The position numbers were made by a program, and so were the translations under genes. Positions 9,919 through 20,458 of a DNA stretch of 64,000 nt are shown piece after piece (positions within the stretch are counted from its first letter, which is position 1; every line of letters starts with the position of its first letter). The DNA comes from Candidatus Terraquivivens tengchongensis (GTDB lineage: Archaea; Thermoproteota; Nitrososphaeria_A; Caldarchaeales; Wolframiiraptoraceae): assembly GCA_023261845.1 (NCBI GenBank), contig JALNJZ010000002.1, forward strand, positions 32,001 through 96,000, given 5' to 3'. Under the pieces are notes generated by a model. It did no database searches. It was not told the DNA's origin and saw only the letters and a list, made by a program, of their open reading frames with translations.

Positions 9919-10887
9919 TTGTCCAAAATGCTTCACGACATCGGGGAGAAGGGTCTTGTTGAACGAATACTTTCGAGAATAACATTAGGTCCGCGACACG
10001 TACTTCCAAAAGGTGACGATGCCGTAGCAATCGAGTTCATGGGAAAGCTTGTTGTGTCTACCGACATGCTGGTAGAATCAACAGACGTACCACCCGGCAT
10101 GAATATGGAGAGCGTTGGTTGGAAAGCTCTTACAATGGTTGTAAGCGACCTTGCATCCAAAGGTGCGATACCCATACTTTACTTGATTTCTCTCGGTCTT
10201 CCAAGGAGCATGACCCTTGAGCAGTTTGAGGCATTTTGGGATGGTTTAGAAAAAGCCGCACGTTGTTATGGCGGCACAATAGCTGGTGGCGATACTAACG
10301 AGGCTCAAGAAGTCGTTGTATCTTGTGTCGGCATAGGTTCCGCGGAGAGGGTCGTGCCTAGGAGTGGTGCACGTGTAGGAGATGTTTTGGCGACGACTGG
10401 GCTGTTCGGCAGATCTGCGGCCGGTCTCAACGCTTTACTTAGGGGCGTTGAAGATGTTGACGAATCGCTAAAGCGTGCGGTTCTAAAACCCATGGCCAGA
10501 TTTAGGGAAGGTGTGATTTTAGCGAAGTACGCAACATCATGCATAGATTCAAGTGACGGGCTAGCTGTATCCCTTCACGAGTTAGCAAAGCAAAGCGGCG
10601 TAGGCTTCGAGGTAACTATGCCACCAGTTGATGTGGTTGCCAAAAAATTTGCTGAAAAATATGGACTGGATGTATTCGATTTGGTATTCTACGGCGGCGA
10701 GGAGTATGAATTAGTGTTTACGATTGGTCGCAACGATCTCGAAGCTGTTAGAAAGGCGTTAGCCTTGGTCAACGGAGAGCTGATAGAAATCGGTAGAGTG
10801 GTCCCTAGGTCAGAGGGCATAACTGTATTCTGGGATGGAGAGCGCATACCGCTCGAGTGTAAAGGATGGGACCACTTTAAGAAGTGA
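9919..10887 (+). CDS. thiL: Thiamine-monophosphate kinase
   Basis: GDDAV, SDLASKGA, GGDT, DSSDGL, GGEEYEL and GWDHF motifs. Confidence 0.93.
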   Translation: MSKMLHDIGEKGLVERILSRITLGPRHVLPKGDDAVAIEFMGKLVVSTDMLVESTDVPPGMNMESVGWKALTMVVSDLASKGAIPILYLISLGLPRSMTLEQFEAFWDGLEKAARCYGGTIAGGDTNEAQEVVVSCVGIGSAERVVPRSGARVGDVLATTGLFGRSAAGLNALLRGVEDVDESLKRAVLKPMARFREGVILAKYATSCIDSSDGLAVSLHELAKQSGVGFEVTMPPVDVVAKKFAEKYGLDVFDLVFYGGEEYELVFTIGRNDLEAVRKALALVNGELIEIGRVVPRSEGITVFWDGERIPLECKGWDHFKK

Positions 10888-11416
10888 GCCTCTTCAGTAG
10901 CATTATACCCGCAACCGTTTTTGCATCTTCTATCTCCCCTTTCATTATCATACTTACAACATCATCCATCTTCAAAATCACTGTCCTTATTTTTTCGTCG
11001 GGTTCAGGCTTCTGGCCTACCTTTTTCAGGTCGGAGGCCATATAAAGGTGGACCTTTTCCGTACTGTAACCGGGCGCCAAGTATAACGTCGCCACTTTCT
11101 CCATTCGGCCTGCGATGAAGCCTGTCTCTTCTTCTAGCTCCCTGCGTGCGCATCTTTCAGGATCTTCTCCAACCTCCAGCGTTCCGGCTGGCAACTCTAG
11201 AAGGACCTTTCCCACGGCATGCCTATATTGGCTGACCAGAACGAGTGACTCCTTATCGAGGAGCGGAATTATAACAACTGCACCTGGATGTTCTACTATT
11301 TCCCTGACGGTTAACCTACCCCACGAGGTCAGAACTTTGTCAACCCTTACATTAAACAGCCTGCCTTTATAGACGGTGTTGCTTTCTATAATTTTCTCAT
11401 AAACTTCGTCGCTCAT
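10877..11416 (-). CDS. nudF: NUDIX hydrolase, ADP-ribose pyrophosphatase family
   Basis: Nudix box GTLEVGEDPERCARRELEEETG, plus EHPGAV and DAKT. Confidence 0.85.
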   Translation of the reverse strand: MSDEVYEKIIESNTVYKGRLFNVRVDKVLTSWGRLTVREIVEHPGAVVIIPLLDKESLVLVSQYRHAVGKVLLELPAGTLEVGEDPERCARRELEEETGFIAGRMEKVATLYLAPGYSTEKVHLYMASDLKKVGQKPEPDEKIRTVILKMDDVVSMIMKGEIEDAKTVAGIMLLKRLTS

Positions 11417-11805
11417 CTATCTTCACGCAGCATTACAACCTTTACGGGCGTTCCGCTCTTTACCTTCTTAAGAATCTCAATACCCCCGACGACTTTACCT
11501 ATAGGGTTGCAGGGACTGTATGCGCGTGGTTCACCAGACTGGCTTATGGGTGTCGGGCCGAAGAATACCGCTATGGCCCTTCCTGGCGGCCAGTACGCCA
11601 GCTCGCCGACGTCCATAATTGTTTTTGTGTTCTCTTCGCCAACGGATACGGGCGTCTCGAAGTACACCTCATCCCCCCATCTCATCGCCTTGGATTCTAT
11701 GGGCAACACTTTCAAGATGGCTGCGACGGTCTTAGGGTTCAAAGATTTAACAAGCTCGGCCTTAACGCTGCCGAGGTCTTTAAAATCGAGTAGGACCAGC
11801 ACCAT
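11413..11805 (-). CDS. Cyclophilin-like fold protein (DUF369/TM1367-like)
   Basis: WGDEVYF, GELAYWPPG and FFGPTP motifs. Confidence 0.8.
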   Translation of the reverse strand: MVLVLLDFKDLGSVKAELVKSLNPKTVAAILKVLPIESKAMRWGDEVYFETPVSVGEENTKTIMDVGELAYWPPGRAIAVFFGPTPISQSGEPRAYSPCNPIGKVVGGIEILKKVKSGTPVKVVMLREDR

Positions 11806-11896
11806 ACATGCTCAGCCACAAGACCAAGAAAAGCAGTATATACATTTTAGATGGTCGGATAAGTTTATAATTGAGGTATTTAGAACACCAGAGCTG

Positions 11897-12002
11897 GGGC
11901 CCGTAGCTCAGCCAGGTAGGGGGTTCCGCCTAGAGCGGTGGGCTCTTAGGTTTGTTAAACGGAGTAACCCATAGGTCGTGGGTTCGAATCCCACCGGGCC
12001 CG
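11897..12002 (+). tRNA. tRNA-Lys(CTT) with two introns (11920-11933 at position 22/23; 11949-11966 at 37/38)
   Basis: GGGCCCG acceptor stem and T-arm GTGGGTTCGAATCCCAC. Removing both BHB-bounded inserts gives D-arm GCTCAGCCAGGTAGAGC and anticodon loop CT-CTT-AA. Confidence 0.92.
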
Positions 12003-12058
12003 TCAATCGCTTTCCCATAAAACAGGGCAATATTAAAAAGGGAACATGATATAGAGGG

Positions 12059-13627
12059 TTGAACGGTTTGAGTGAGCAAAGGCTGATACCAAAAACTATG
12101 TCAACACAACATCCCGATAACGCCTCCATTCCTCCTTGGTGCGACTCGGACGTAATAGAAGGTGAGAAGGAGGTCTATGAAGCATACTATGCCTACAGTA
12201 CCTTAGGTTGTCACGAGGTTATGTGGGACTCTGAAGGAAAGGACATAGACCCCCATGTCGTCAGGAAGCTTCTGACGGGTTATCCCAGTTTCTTTAAGGA
12301 AAAGGTCCTTGGTAGAGACATATTCCTCACATATAGAATTCCAAATCCGATGCTAGAAAAGGTAGAGAAGAAAGTATTCCTCGAAACCCTTCAGGCCATA
12401 CCCAAGCATTTTGATGTGGCCAAACAGTTTTATGGAAACGGAGATTATGCACCAGTCTTTGAGGTCATACTGCCCTTCACCAGCAGCCATAAAGATGTCG
12501 TGAGGGTGTTGAGAGCATATTCCGAGGCCGTGGTCGGCATAGAGAAGGTGAGAATTGACTTTCCAGACGTTACGCTGGTAGAATTAGTAGGAGAGATTCA
12601 GCCAAAATCCATAAACGTGATACCTTTATTCGAAGAGTGGACGAGCTTAGTAAGTTTGGACAATTTGCTTTTTAAACTTTTGGAGACAATTTCTCCAAAA
12701 TATTTACGCGTATTTCTTGCAAGGTCCGACCCGGCCCTTCATTATGGACTTGTACCCTCCGTAATTCTGGTAAAGATCGCGCTCTCTAAAATTGGGAAGC
12801 TTGTCGAAAGAGAGAAAGTAGATATCTATCCTATAATAGGTGTCGGCAGTCTACCCTTCAGAGGTCATCTTTCACCTAGTAATCTAGCAAACTTTGTTAG
12901 GGAGTATAAAGGTGTGAATACCGTTACCATACAATGCGGATTCAAGTACGATTATCCCGAAAGGGACGTTAAGATGGTCGTAGATTATTTGAACAGAAAC
13001 CTACCAAAAGGTGAGGCTGAGGATTTCTCACAGACAGAGCAGATGCTTCTATCTATTGCATCTAAGTTTAGAGATGCATACTATGAGTTTCTGCTACATG
13101 CTGCGAAACTCATTGAAAAAATATCGAAGCTTGTACCAGCAAGAAGGGCCAGAAGGTTGCACATTGGTTTATTTGGCTATCATAGAACAGTAGGTGATGT
13201 AGTTTTACCAAGGGCCATACCATTTACGGCCTCCTTCTACTCCTTAGGTCTACCGCCTGAATTCATAGGTTTAAGAGTTTTTGGAACGTTAAAAGAGGAG
13301 GAGCAACATGTGCTTTTGGATGCGTACAAGAACCTAAAGGAAGATCTGAAAGTTGCAGCAGAATTTTTCTCGTGGAGAAATTTGGAGACCATCCGTGAAA
13401 GTGGAACGTTCGATAAAGAGTTCATAGAATTTGCGCTCCCATTGTTGATTGAAGATATTAAAGTAGCAGAGGAGATTATGGGTTTAAGAATAGGTCCAAG
13501 CAGCTCTGTTGCGAAAAGGCACGAGAACTATACGAACGATTTCATAATTTTATTCTCAGAAGGGAAAATAGAGGAGGCGAAGCAAGCATTGGTTACGGCT
13601 GCTAAGCTCAGACGTAGTCTCGGTTAA
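12059..13627 (+). CDS. ppcA: Archaeal-type phosphoenolpyruvate carboxylase
   Basis: IPKTMSTQHPDNA, MWDSEGK, RVFLARSDPA, GSLPFRG and LPRAIPF motifs. Confidence 0.93.
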   Translation: MNGLSEQRLIPKTMSTQHPDNASIPPWCDSDVIEGEKEVYEAYYAYSTLGCHEVMWDSEGKDIDPHVVRKLLTGYPSFFKEKVLGRDIFLTYRIPNPMLEKVEKKVFLETLQAIPKHFDVAKQFYGNGDYAPVFEVILPFTSSHKDVVRVLRAYSEAVVGIEKVRIDFPDVTLVELVGEIQPKSINVIPLFEEWTSLVSLDNLLFKLLETISPKYLRVFLARSDPALHYGLVPSVILVKIALSKIGKLVEREKVDIYPIIGVGSLPFRGHLSPSNLANFVREYKGVNTVTIQCGFKYDYPERDVKMVVDYLNRNLPKGEAEDFSQTEQMLLSIASKFRDAYYEFLLHAAKLIEKISKLVPARRARRLHIGLFGYHRTVGDVVLPRAIPFTASFYSLGLPPEFIGLRVFGTLKEEEQHVLLDAYKNLKEDLKVAAEFFSWRNLETIRESGTFDKEFIEFALPLLIEDIKVAEEIMGLRIGPSSSVAKRHENYTNDFIILFSEGKIEEAKQALVTAAKLRRSLG

Positions 13628-13661
13628 AATATAACGGTATGTAAAAAGTTGGTGAATAATA

Positions 13662-14411
13662 TTGCAGATTGAGCTAATACAGTTGGGAATTTTGGCGAGC
13701 CTAGTTGTTGGTCTAGCGACCGGAATAGGCGCCGTGCCCGTGTTATTTTTCAAAAATGTATCGCATAAGATAACTGATTCAGCATTGGGTTTTGCCGGCG
13801 GCGTTATGATAGCGGCTTCAATATTCAGCCTACTCATACCTGCGATAGATACAGGCGGCACGTTCATTGCCGTAATAGGCTTTGTTTTTGGGAGCATATT
13901 TGTTTATGTCTTAGACAGACACGTGCCTCACACTCATATCCTAAAGGGCATAGAAGGGCCGAAGAGTACGCTCTCTACGGTGAGTCTTATGATGCTTGCT
14001 GTAACTATACATAACTTCCCAGAAGGACTTGCGGTCGGTGTTGGTTTCGGCGCAGGTGACTTAGCGCTGGCAACGACGATAGCCATGGCCATAGCCCTGC
14101 AGAACATACCTGAGGGCATGGCGATAGCCTTTCCGTTAATTGGAGTAGGTTTAAAGAAGGCAAAAGCATCCTTATACGCACTGCTTACCGGTTTAGCTGA
14201 ACCTATTGGAGGCGTTATAGGTGTTCTAACAGTTACTTTCGTGAGTCAGGCCCTTCCGTTTGCTTTGGCCTTCGCAGCGGGTGCTATGGTTTACGTGGTG
14301 AGCGACGAGATGATTCCAGAGAGTCATAGACGGGGCCATGAGTTAGAGGCAACGTTCGGCTTTCTTATAGGCTTCATTGTGATGATGATACTCGACACCA
14401 TATTTTTGTGA
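13662..14411 (+). CDS. ZIP-family (ZupT/GufA) metal transporter
   Basis: HNFPEGLAVG and QNIPEG motifs; multiple TM helices. Confidence 0.9.
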   Translation: MQIELIQLGILASLVVGLATGIGAVPVLFFKNVSHKITDSALGFAGGVMIAASIFSLLIPAIDTGGTFIAVIGFVFGSIFVYVLDRHVPHTHILKGIEGPKSTLSTVSLMMLAVTIHNFPEGLAVGVGFGAGDLALATTIAMAIALQNIPEGMAIAFPLIGVGLKKAKASLYALLTGLAEPIGGVIGVLTVTFVSQALPFALAFAAGAMVYVVSDEMIPESHRRGHELEATFGFLIGFIVMMILDTIFL

Positions 14412-14461
14412 CAGAATTCAAGTTTAGGCTATAAAGCACCTTTTACGTTATTTACCACTAG

Positions 14462-15583
14462 ATGCGTGTCTGTATAATATCTCATGAGGGAGAGCTTGGT
14501 CCTCAGATGATACAGTTTGCTAGACGCATGGTTAAACAGGGCATCGAGGTTCATGCAATAATTAGGTCTTATCCCCTTCAGATGAGGGAATTCTCAAAGA
14601 GGGATGGTGTTAAGAGACACATAGCGCCTGTAGTGCCGATAAGAAGGTTGATGTTCCTCTCGTACTTCTTGAGTGCATTCCTCATCGCATTGTCCATCAG
14701 GGGTGCCATAACAATTTGTAGAGAACCATTCACAGGGTTAATCGGAGCGGCAGTCAAACTCCTCACAGGCAGAAAGTCAGTTATATACGTCGTAGATTCT
14801 TCGACTGAGCTTAAGTTAGAGCGAGGGGCATGGAGAAGCCGCTGGCTTGTAAAGCTTGGGAGGTTACTCGAAAAGCTAGCGATATCCGCCAGCGACCTTA
14901 TAATCGCTTTGGATTCTTCCTTAACGCCTTATCTCAAGACAATGGGTGCAAGACGTATCGCCGTAGTACCTTACGGTGCAAACCGCGAGATATTCAAGAA
15001 TGGTGATCCTGTGAAAGTTTTGAAGAAGTTAGGATTGGACGGTAAGAAAGTTGTGGTGTATGCTGGAAGCATGGAATCCTACCATGGAGCGCAATACCTT
15101 GCAAAGGCCGCGCCGATTATAAAACGGAACGTTCCAGAGGCCGTCGTGTTGTTTCTTGGAAACGGTCCATTAAGGAGGCTCATGGAAAAAGAGGCAGGCG
15201 ATGCCGGAATTTTTCTCGGTACGGTTCCGTATGAAGAGTTACGTGATTATCTTGCGGTTGCTAAAGTCGCGGTTGCACCACCAGCACCCAACTCGCCCTA
15301 CGTGAGTGTCCTTACGACGAAGATTTTTGATTACATAGCCGCTGGAAAGCCTGTTGTTGCAACGGATGTTGGAGGAATTAAGCGGGCTTTCGGCGACGCG
15401 GCGATAATCGTCAAACCAAGAGACCATGTAGGGCTTGCGGAGGCAATAATTCGATTACTGAAAGATGAGGAGCTTAGGTCAAGATTGGAACAAAATGCGA
15501 TTAAGCTGGCAGAAGAGGCGTATAATTGGGAAGAGTTGACGAAGAAGTTTGTTGCTGCTCTAAAAGAAATACATTCGGCATAA
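14462..15583 (+). CDS. GT4-family glycosyltransferase
   Basis: GT-B C-terminal motif KIFDYIAAGKPVVATDVGG, plus YAGS...HG. Confidence 0.85.
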   Translation: MRVCIISHEGELGPQMIQFARRMVKQGIEVHAIIRSYPLQMREFSKRDGVKRHIAPVVPIRRLMFLSYFLSAFLIALSIRGAITICREPFTGLIGAAVKLLTGRKSVIYVVDSSTELKLERGAWRSRWLVKLGRLLEKLAISASDLIIALDSSLTPYLKTMGARRIAVVPYGANREIFKNGDPVKVLKKLGLDGKKVVVYAGSMESYHGAQYLAKAAPIIKRNVPEAVVLFLGNGPLRRLMEKEAGDAGIFLGTVPYEELRDYLAVAKVAVAPPAPNSPYVSVLTTKIFDYIAAGKPVVATDVGGIKRAFGDAAIIVKPRDHVGLAEAIIRLLKDEELRSRLEQNAIKLAEEAYNWEELTKKFVAALKEIHSA

Positions 15584-15586
15584 AGT

Positions 15587-17644
15587 TCACTTTATCCTTA
15601 TGTCTACGTACGTAGTCTCAGACCTTAGACCTTTAAAGGGTTTGCCATTACCTTCGAAGAATTTCGTAAAGAACTCATAGAGGTGGAGCCTTAGGGATTG
15701 TATGAAGACTATCAGGCCCTCTAAGGCCATTATGCCCAAGTTTCCAATTATGAGTATTGGTAAAGACAACATCCCAAGCGCGTACCAAACGTTGTTCAGA
15801 AGCATCAATAGGGCAATATGAACGAGCAGCAGTATCGTTAGCCTAGCGTAAGATATCGTGTTTGATAGGAAGTGAATTATATTCTCCAAAACCTCGAGTA
15901 GGCCCATACCAGCAGCAACCACGAAGCCATTACCTTTTCGGGTTAACAAGTTTGCAACGGGTCTTCCCAAAATTAAGACAAAAATGCTCGCAATGCCTCC
16001 CACCATACCAATAGTTCCAACGAGTGAGGACGGAAGACCTATGAAAGGTGCTGGGTTTTGGGATGTTAACATTTGCGAGATGCCTCCAGCACCAAAAAAT
16101 GCGAGAGCAAAAAGCACACCAAAGATGTACATAGCTATCGTTGGAATTTTGGACGTTAAAGCCTCTAAGTATTCTCGGTTCTTAATGTGCTTATATGCGC
16201 TGAGAGAATAACCGAGGGTGAGGTGCGCAATCCCGAGCATTATCGTAAACTGCAGAAGCCTCTGGACTGCCGCCAAGTTAAGCTCCTTGGAGCCAGCACG
16301 TTCCTCCACCAAGTGCACAAGTTCCGGCGAAGCTATACCCCAGTTGGATAGTTTGAAGCCGAAGCACTTACCTAGCAGAAAGCCAGCGATGCTGGATGAT
16401 ATGCCGAGTACGGCTAGAAGCGTACCCCAATCCCTTAGCCTACCTTTGGTCCTCATCCTCATGAAGAGACCGAAGATCGCGAGCACAAGCCCCTGGCCGA
16501 AGTCTGCGAACATTATTCCGTAAAAGATTGAGAAGAAGGGCGTGACGAAGGGCGTCGGGTCTATTTCGCCATGGCCCGGCAATCCTTGTATATTCGTAAC
16601 GTTCTCGAACGCCTTTATGATACCTTTATTGTGGAGTAACGTAGGCAGACTTTCAGTATGTGTTGTGCCGTGTTCACCCGCATGCATCGCTTCCACTTCT
16701 GAAACGAAAATGGGATATTTCCCATCGAGCCTTTTGACCAATTCATCACTTTTCTCATAAGGCACATAACCCTCTATTATGGCAAGTCTCCTCAGGCTGC
16801 CTGTAGCCTTTAACCTTTCTAACGACTCTTTGAGAATGTTCGCACCTTCTTTTAGTGATAGAATCTTTCCTTTTGAAGTTTCCAGTATTAAGTTCAACTT
16901 TTGCCTAACGCTAGACAGCTCTGCGTTGAGTTCAGCCAACTTAGATTCAACGGTTGCGTAAGCTTCAGGGATGGTCTCTGGTAACCACTCCGGGATTGCG
17001 AAGGGTTTTACGCCGAAGCCCTTAAGAACCCTTTCGACCCTTTCTGCATCCTTGTAAGGTGCCACAAAAAGGGCGGCGCTTAATGTCTTGGTTAATGTGA
17101 TGTGAAGTATTGCTGCCTCTGGAAGACTCTTTTTTATCTCTTGAATATCCCTAATCGGTATAACGGCAAAGACCGCATACATTTTCCTCAAAGCTGAAAG
17201 AGATTGTGGCGCTATACGCAAATCTTTCAATAGTTGTAAGGTCGCAAGGAGTGTTTCATTCTTCTGTATATCTTTCGTTATTGAGTCAATCTTTGACGAT
17301 AATTCTTTCAGCTCCATTATGATTGGCTCTGCCTCAGATTCTAATGCGTCTACAAGTCCATTTATGTCCTCAGCTTCAATTCTATGCCGCTCGACTTTAA
17401 CACCTTTTATTATAGAGTCGATGATGCCGATCTCCGACTTTATACCAAAATCGCTTATTATAACATCAAGCGCTGAATCGATTCTTTTGACCCTGTCTAA
17501 CATCTTCTCCAAATTTTTGTCAGCGGATTCATGTTCTCGTTCCACTGGATGAAAATCTCCAAACTTGAATAGTTCCTTGATAACATCTTCGACTTCTGCC
17601 TTCGGTGCTATTATTGAGACCTTAGCCAGCTTTGCCAGACCCAT
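15587..17644 (-). CDS. atpI: A/V-type ATP synthase subunit I
   Basis: EIDPTPF, GIMFADFGQG, SNTISYARL and LRLHLYEFFTKFF motifs. Confidence 0.93.
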   Translation of the reverse strand: MGLAKLAKVSIIAPKAEVEDVIKELFKFGDFHPVEREHESADKNLEKMLDRVKRIDSALDVIISDFGIKSEIGIIDSIIKGVKVERHRIEAEDINGLVDALESEAEPIIMELKELSSKIDSITKDIQKNETLLATLQLLKDLRIAPQSLSALRKMYAVFAVIPIRDIQEIKKSLPEAAILHITLTKTLSAALFVAPYKDAERVERVLKGFGVKPFAIPEWLPETIPEAYATVESKLAELNAELSSVRQKLNLILETSKGKILSLKEGANILKESLERLKATGSLRRLAIIEGYVPYEKSDELVKRLDGKYPIFVSEVEAMHAGEHGTTHTESLPTLLHNKGIIKAFENVTNIQGLPGHGEIDPTPFVTPFFSIFYGIMFADFGQGLVLAIFGLFMRMRTKGRLRDWGTLLAVLGISSSIAGFLLGKCFGFKLSNWGIASPELVHLVEERAGSKELNLAAVQRLLQFTIMLGIAHLTLGYSLSAYKHIKNREYLEALTSKIPTIAMYIFGVLFALAFFGAGGISQMLTSQNPAPFIGLPSSLVGTIGMVGGIASIFVLILGRPVANLLTRKGNGFVVAAGMGLLEVLENIIHFLSNTISYARLTILLLVHIALLMLLNNVWYALGMLSLPILIIGNLGIMALEGLIVFIQSLRLHLYEFFTKFFEGNGKPFKGLRSETTYVDIRIK

Positions 17645-17679
17645 CGCTGGTAGTTTACAATTTTTCCATAAATATAGCT

Positions 17680-18756
17680 TTAGCGCACAGATATGGCAAT
17701 ATCCAACGCGACCACGACCTTCCTCGGAGCTACTTCCTTCAGTTCTTTAGCCCAGAAGAATTTGGCATCGAAGCCTAACGAACGTATGATTGAACTGACG
17801 TTAACCTTGACAGCCTCTACTGCATCATCATCTTCTGTAGCACCATAGAAATGTATAACTGCACCAGATGGTTTAGCAATCTTTGTCGCCACATCAAGAT
17901 ATTTCTCCGCGGAAAACGGGAGGTTCATTATTAATCTGTCGGCCTTTCCTTCCAAAATCCCATAGTTGTGCCTAACATCTCCGAATATCGCCGTGACTCT
18001 ATCTTCGACTTTGTTCAATCTGATATTTTCTTCAAGGAACTTATAGGCTGCAGGATTTATCTCGAAAGCGTAGACTTTACAACTGGGTTGCATCTTAGCA
18101 ATCGTTATTGAAAAGGGGCCAACACCTGCAAACATATCCGCCACATATTCATTAGGCCTAACTTGAGACGCTACCCTCAACCTTTCGCCAGAAAGTCTTG
18201 GTGTGAAGAACACCTCCTTTACATCGAGTCTGTATCTACATCCATGCTCTCTATGTTCTGTTAGCGTTTTTCCGGAACCAGCTATAACATCATACTGTCT
18301 AATCCTGTATTCTCCGGTGGATGGGCCTGCCTTTAATAGTACGGTATCAACATGCTTATGGACGAGTTTCAGCGCGGATGCGATATCCTTAGCAAACGGT
18401 CTTAACCTTTCGTCCAGCTCTATGATCGCTACGTTGCCTATAATGTCAAAAGATCTCGGAAGAAGGCCTATGAGTTTCTCATCTAAAACACCCATCATGG
18501 CCTCTTTCAGAGTCTTCGGCTTAGTTGTTAGTTTGTTGAAATTAGCTTCTTGGATTATCGCATTGCCCATTATCAGCTCCGGCAGTTCGTCAGGATTCGG
18601 TGACCTATTTACTGGAAAGTAAACGTATTCGTCATCTGAAAATACTTTCATGGATGTTCTTAGAATTCCAAGGGATAAAAGTCTACGCCTGACTTCCTCA
18701 GCCTTATGCTTCTTAACAGCGACGGCCAACGAAGTTTCGCTCATCGAAGCACCCAT
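17680..18756 (-). CDS. trm5: Trm5/Taw2-family tRNA methyltransferase
   Basis: SFDIIGNVAI, FTPRLSGER, DMFAGVGPF and IMNLP motifs. Confidence 0.85.
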   Translation of the reverse strand: MGASMSETSLAVAVKKHKAEEVRRRLLSLGILRTSMKVFSDDEYVYFPVNRSPNPDELPELIMGNAIIQEANFNKLTTKPKTLKEAMMGVLDEKLIGLLPRSFDIIGNVAIIELDERLRPFAKDIASALKLVHKHVDTVLLKAGPSTGEYRIRQYDVIAGSGKTLTEHREHGCRYRLDVKEVFFTPRLSGERLRVASQVRPNEYVADMFAGVGPFSITIAKMQPSCKVYAFEINPAAYKFLEENIRLNKVEDRVTAIFGDVRHNYGILEGKADRLIMNLPFSAEKYLDVATKIAKPSGAVIHFYGATEDDDAVEAVKVNVSSIIRSLGFDAKFFWAKELKEVAPRKVVVALDIAISVR

Positions 18757-18935
18757 GATCTTCTTAACCTTTAGCTTTTATGCCGTACTCCGTATTCAGT
18801 TTTTGAGCTGGATTAGATCGAGTAGTTTTGTAAAAAACTTAGAAATGATGAAGAAAATCACGTGTTTAAACTTAAAATTATGCAGTAATCGGAAATTTTT
18901 GAGACATCAAGAACGTTACAAAACAATAAAAGCTA

Positions 18936-20231
18936 TTATATTAAAAATTTACCTTTTACGACGCCGGCTTTACTTCGTTCCTGTTCAGTAAGTTTGAATA
19001 CTTTCCTGAGCATATCCTCATATGTCCTGGATAGTTGAACGTTCCTGCGGCGCATCATCCTCCGAGCAGTCTCTATCGCCGATTCGAGGTAGATTTCAGT
19101 CGGCTTGGCGCCTAATGTCTTAGCATAAGCTGTGAAGGATGGGACGTCCTCCGATACTATGCCGTATAAGTGGCTGGAAACTCCTATCTTCTTTCCACTG
19201 AATATGTACGTACCAATGGCGGTTTTCACATGATCTCCGACGAATGTACCAACGAATATGTTACCAGTGTCATGTGTTCTTCCTCCAACGTCCATTTTTA
19301 TTGTCCCGTATGTGTTCTTTAGGTCCGAGTTGCTTGTCCCAGCACCGAGATTTACCCACTCGCCTATGTAAGAGTGGCCTATAAAACCGTAATGTCTCTT
19401 GTTAGAGTATCCATGAAATATTGACCCCTCGACCTCGCCGCCTATCCTGCAGACGTTGCCTATACTACAACCTTCTCTGATTTGTCCTCCGAATATTATG
19501 CAGTTCCTACCTATGTATACAGGGCCGGATATTCGTGTAGGTGATTGAATATAGGTATTCTCGCCGATGTATATTGGTCCATTCCTTGTGTCAAGAATCG
19601 TTCCGGCCTCAAGGAAAGCATCTTCAGCCACAAACACGCTCTCCTTACTTCCGTATACCGTTACAGAAGGGTCCAGCCTATCTTTCAGCTCCTTATCTTT
19701 GATTTCCTTAAGCTCAGCTGCAATTAGCTTGGGGTTGAGCTCTATCAGCTCCCATGGATATTCTAAAAGGGTGATTTTGTCAGCGTTTAATTTTTCCGGC
19801 ACGAGCCTCAGAATAATCTCTGTCAAGTTCTCAACTGAGCTCATTGCTGTTTGGATTTCTGGTCGTTCAAAAAAATCACGTTTAACATGGGCCGCCACAA
19901 CCCTTCCCTTTTGTACGATAACCATACCCGTTTTTGAAAGCTTTTGTAAAACACTATTCAAGTACCCGTTCGTTATGACCGAACCATTAACCAGAAGAAC
20001 GCTATCATCTACTGCTGAAAAATCGTTTACATAACTGTTTGGTAACCTCTCCTTCAGAACATCCTCAAGATAATCTCTACAAAAAAAGACTGCTTCCCCA
20101 GAGTTCGCAACGTTCTTGAGTGTCTTTTCTCTAATAGTTGATGTGCCGATCATTAACTCGTATATAGGTCTCGTTAATGTTAAGGGAAAGAAATTCCGAT
20201 ATGCTTCATCTTCAAATATGGCTATACGCAA
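18936..20231 (-). CDS. GlmU-like putative sugar nucleotidyltransferase with hexapeptide repeats
   Basis: FPLTLTRP N-terminus, left-handed beta-helix repeats, and GHSYIGEWVNLGAGTSNSDLKN. Confidence 0.8.
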   Translation of the reverse strand: MRIAIFEDEAYRNFFPLTLTRPIYELMIGTSTIREKTLKNVANSGEAVFFCRDYLEDVLKERLPNSYVNDFSAVDDSVLLVNGSVITNGYLNSVLQKLSKTGMVIVQKGRVVAAHVKRDFFERPEIQTAMSSVENLTEIILRLVPEKLNADKITLLEYPWELIELNPKLIAAELKEIKDKELKDRLDPSVTVYGSKESVFVAEDAFLEAGTILDTRNGPIYIGENTYIQSPTRISGPVYIGRNCIIFGGQIREGCSIGNVCRIGGEVEGSIFHGYSNKRHYGFIGHSYIGEWVNLGAGTSNSDLKNTYGTIKMDVGGRTHDTGNIFVGTFVGDHVKTAIGTYIFSGKKIGVSSHLYGIVSEDVPSFTAYAKTLGAKPTEIYLESAIETARRMMRRRNVQLSRTYEDMLRKVFKLTEQERSKAGVVKGKFLI

Positions 20232-20458
20232 CTTCCACCACCTTTATCCTAAACGATGCATATTATTGATACATTAATGACCGATAAAAGGATTGAAGTT
20301 ACTTGTAGGAACGTGTTTATTAAAGGTCTGAGTAAAATTGAAATATATTTTTATCAGGTATTGATACAGTAATAAAGCAGGGCTCATGAAGTTACAAAAA
20401 AGAGTGCATAAGCTTACACTAACAGGTGCTTTATTAAAAAAGGCTCTGCAGGTGATCA

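Noticed and set aside
11507-12129. ORFs 11507-11974 and 11908-12129
   Set aside because: They overlap tRNA-Lys and real genes on the opposite strand.
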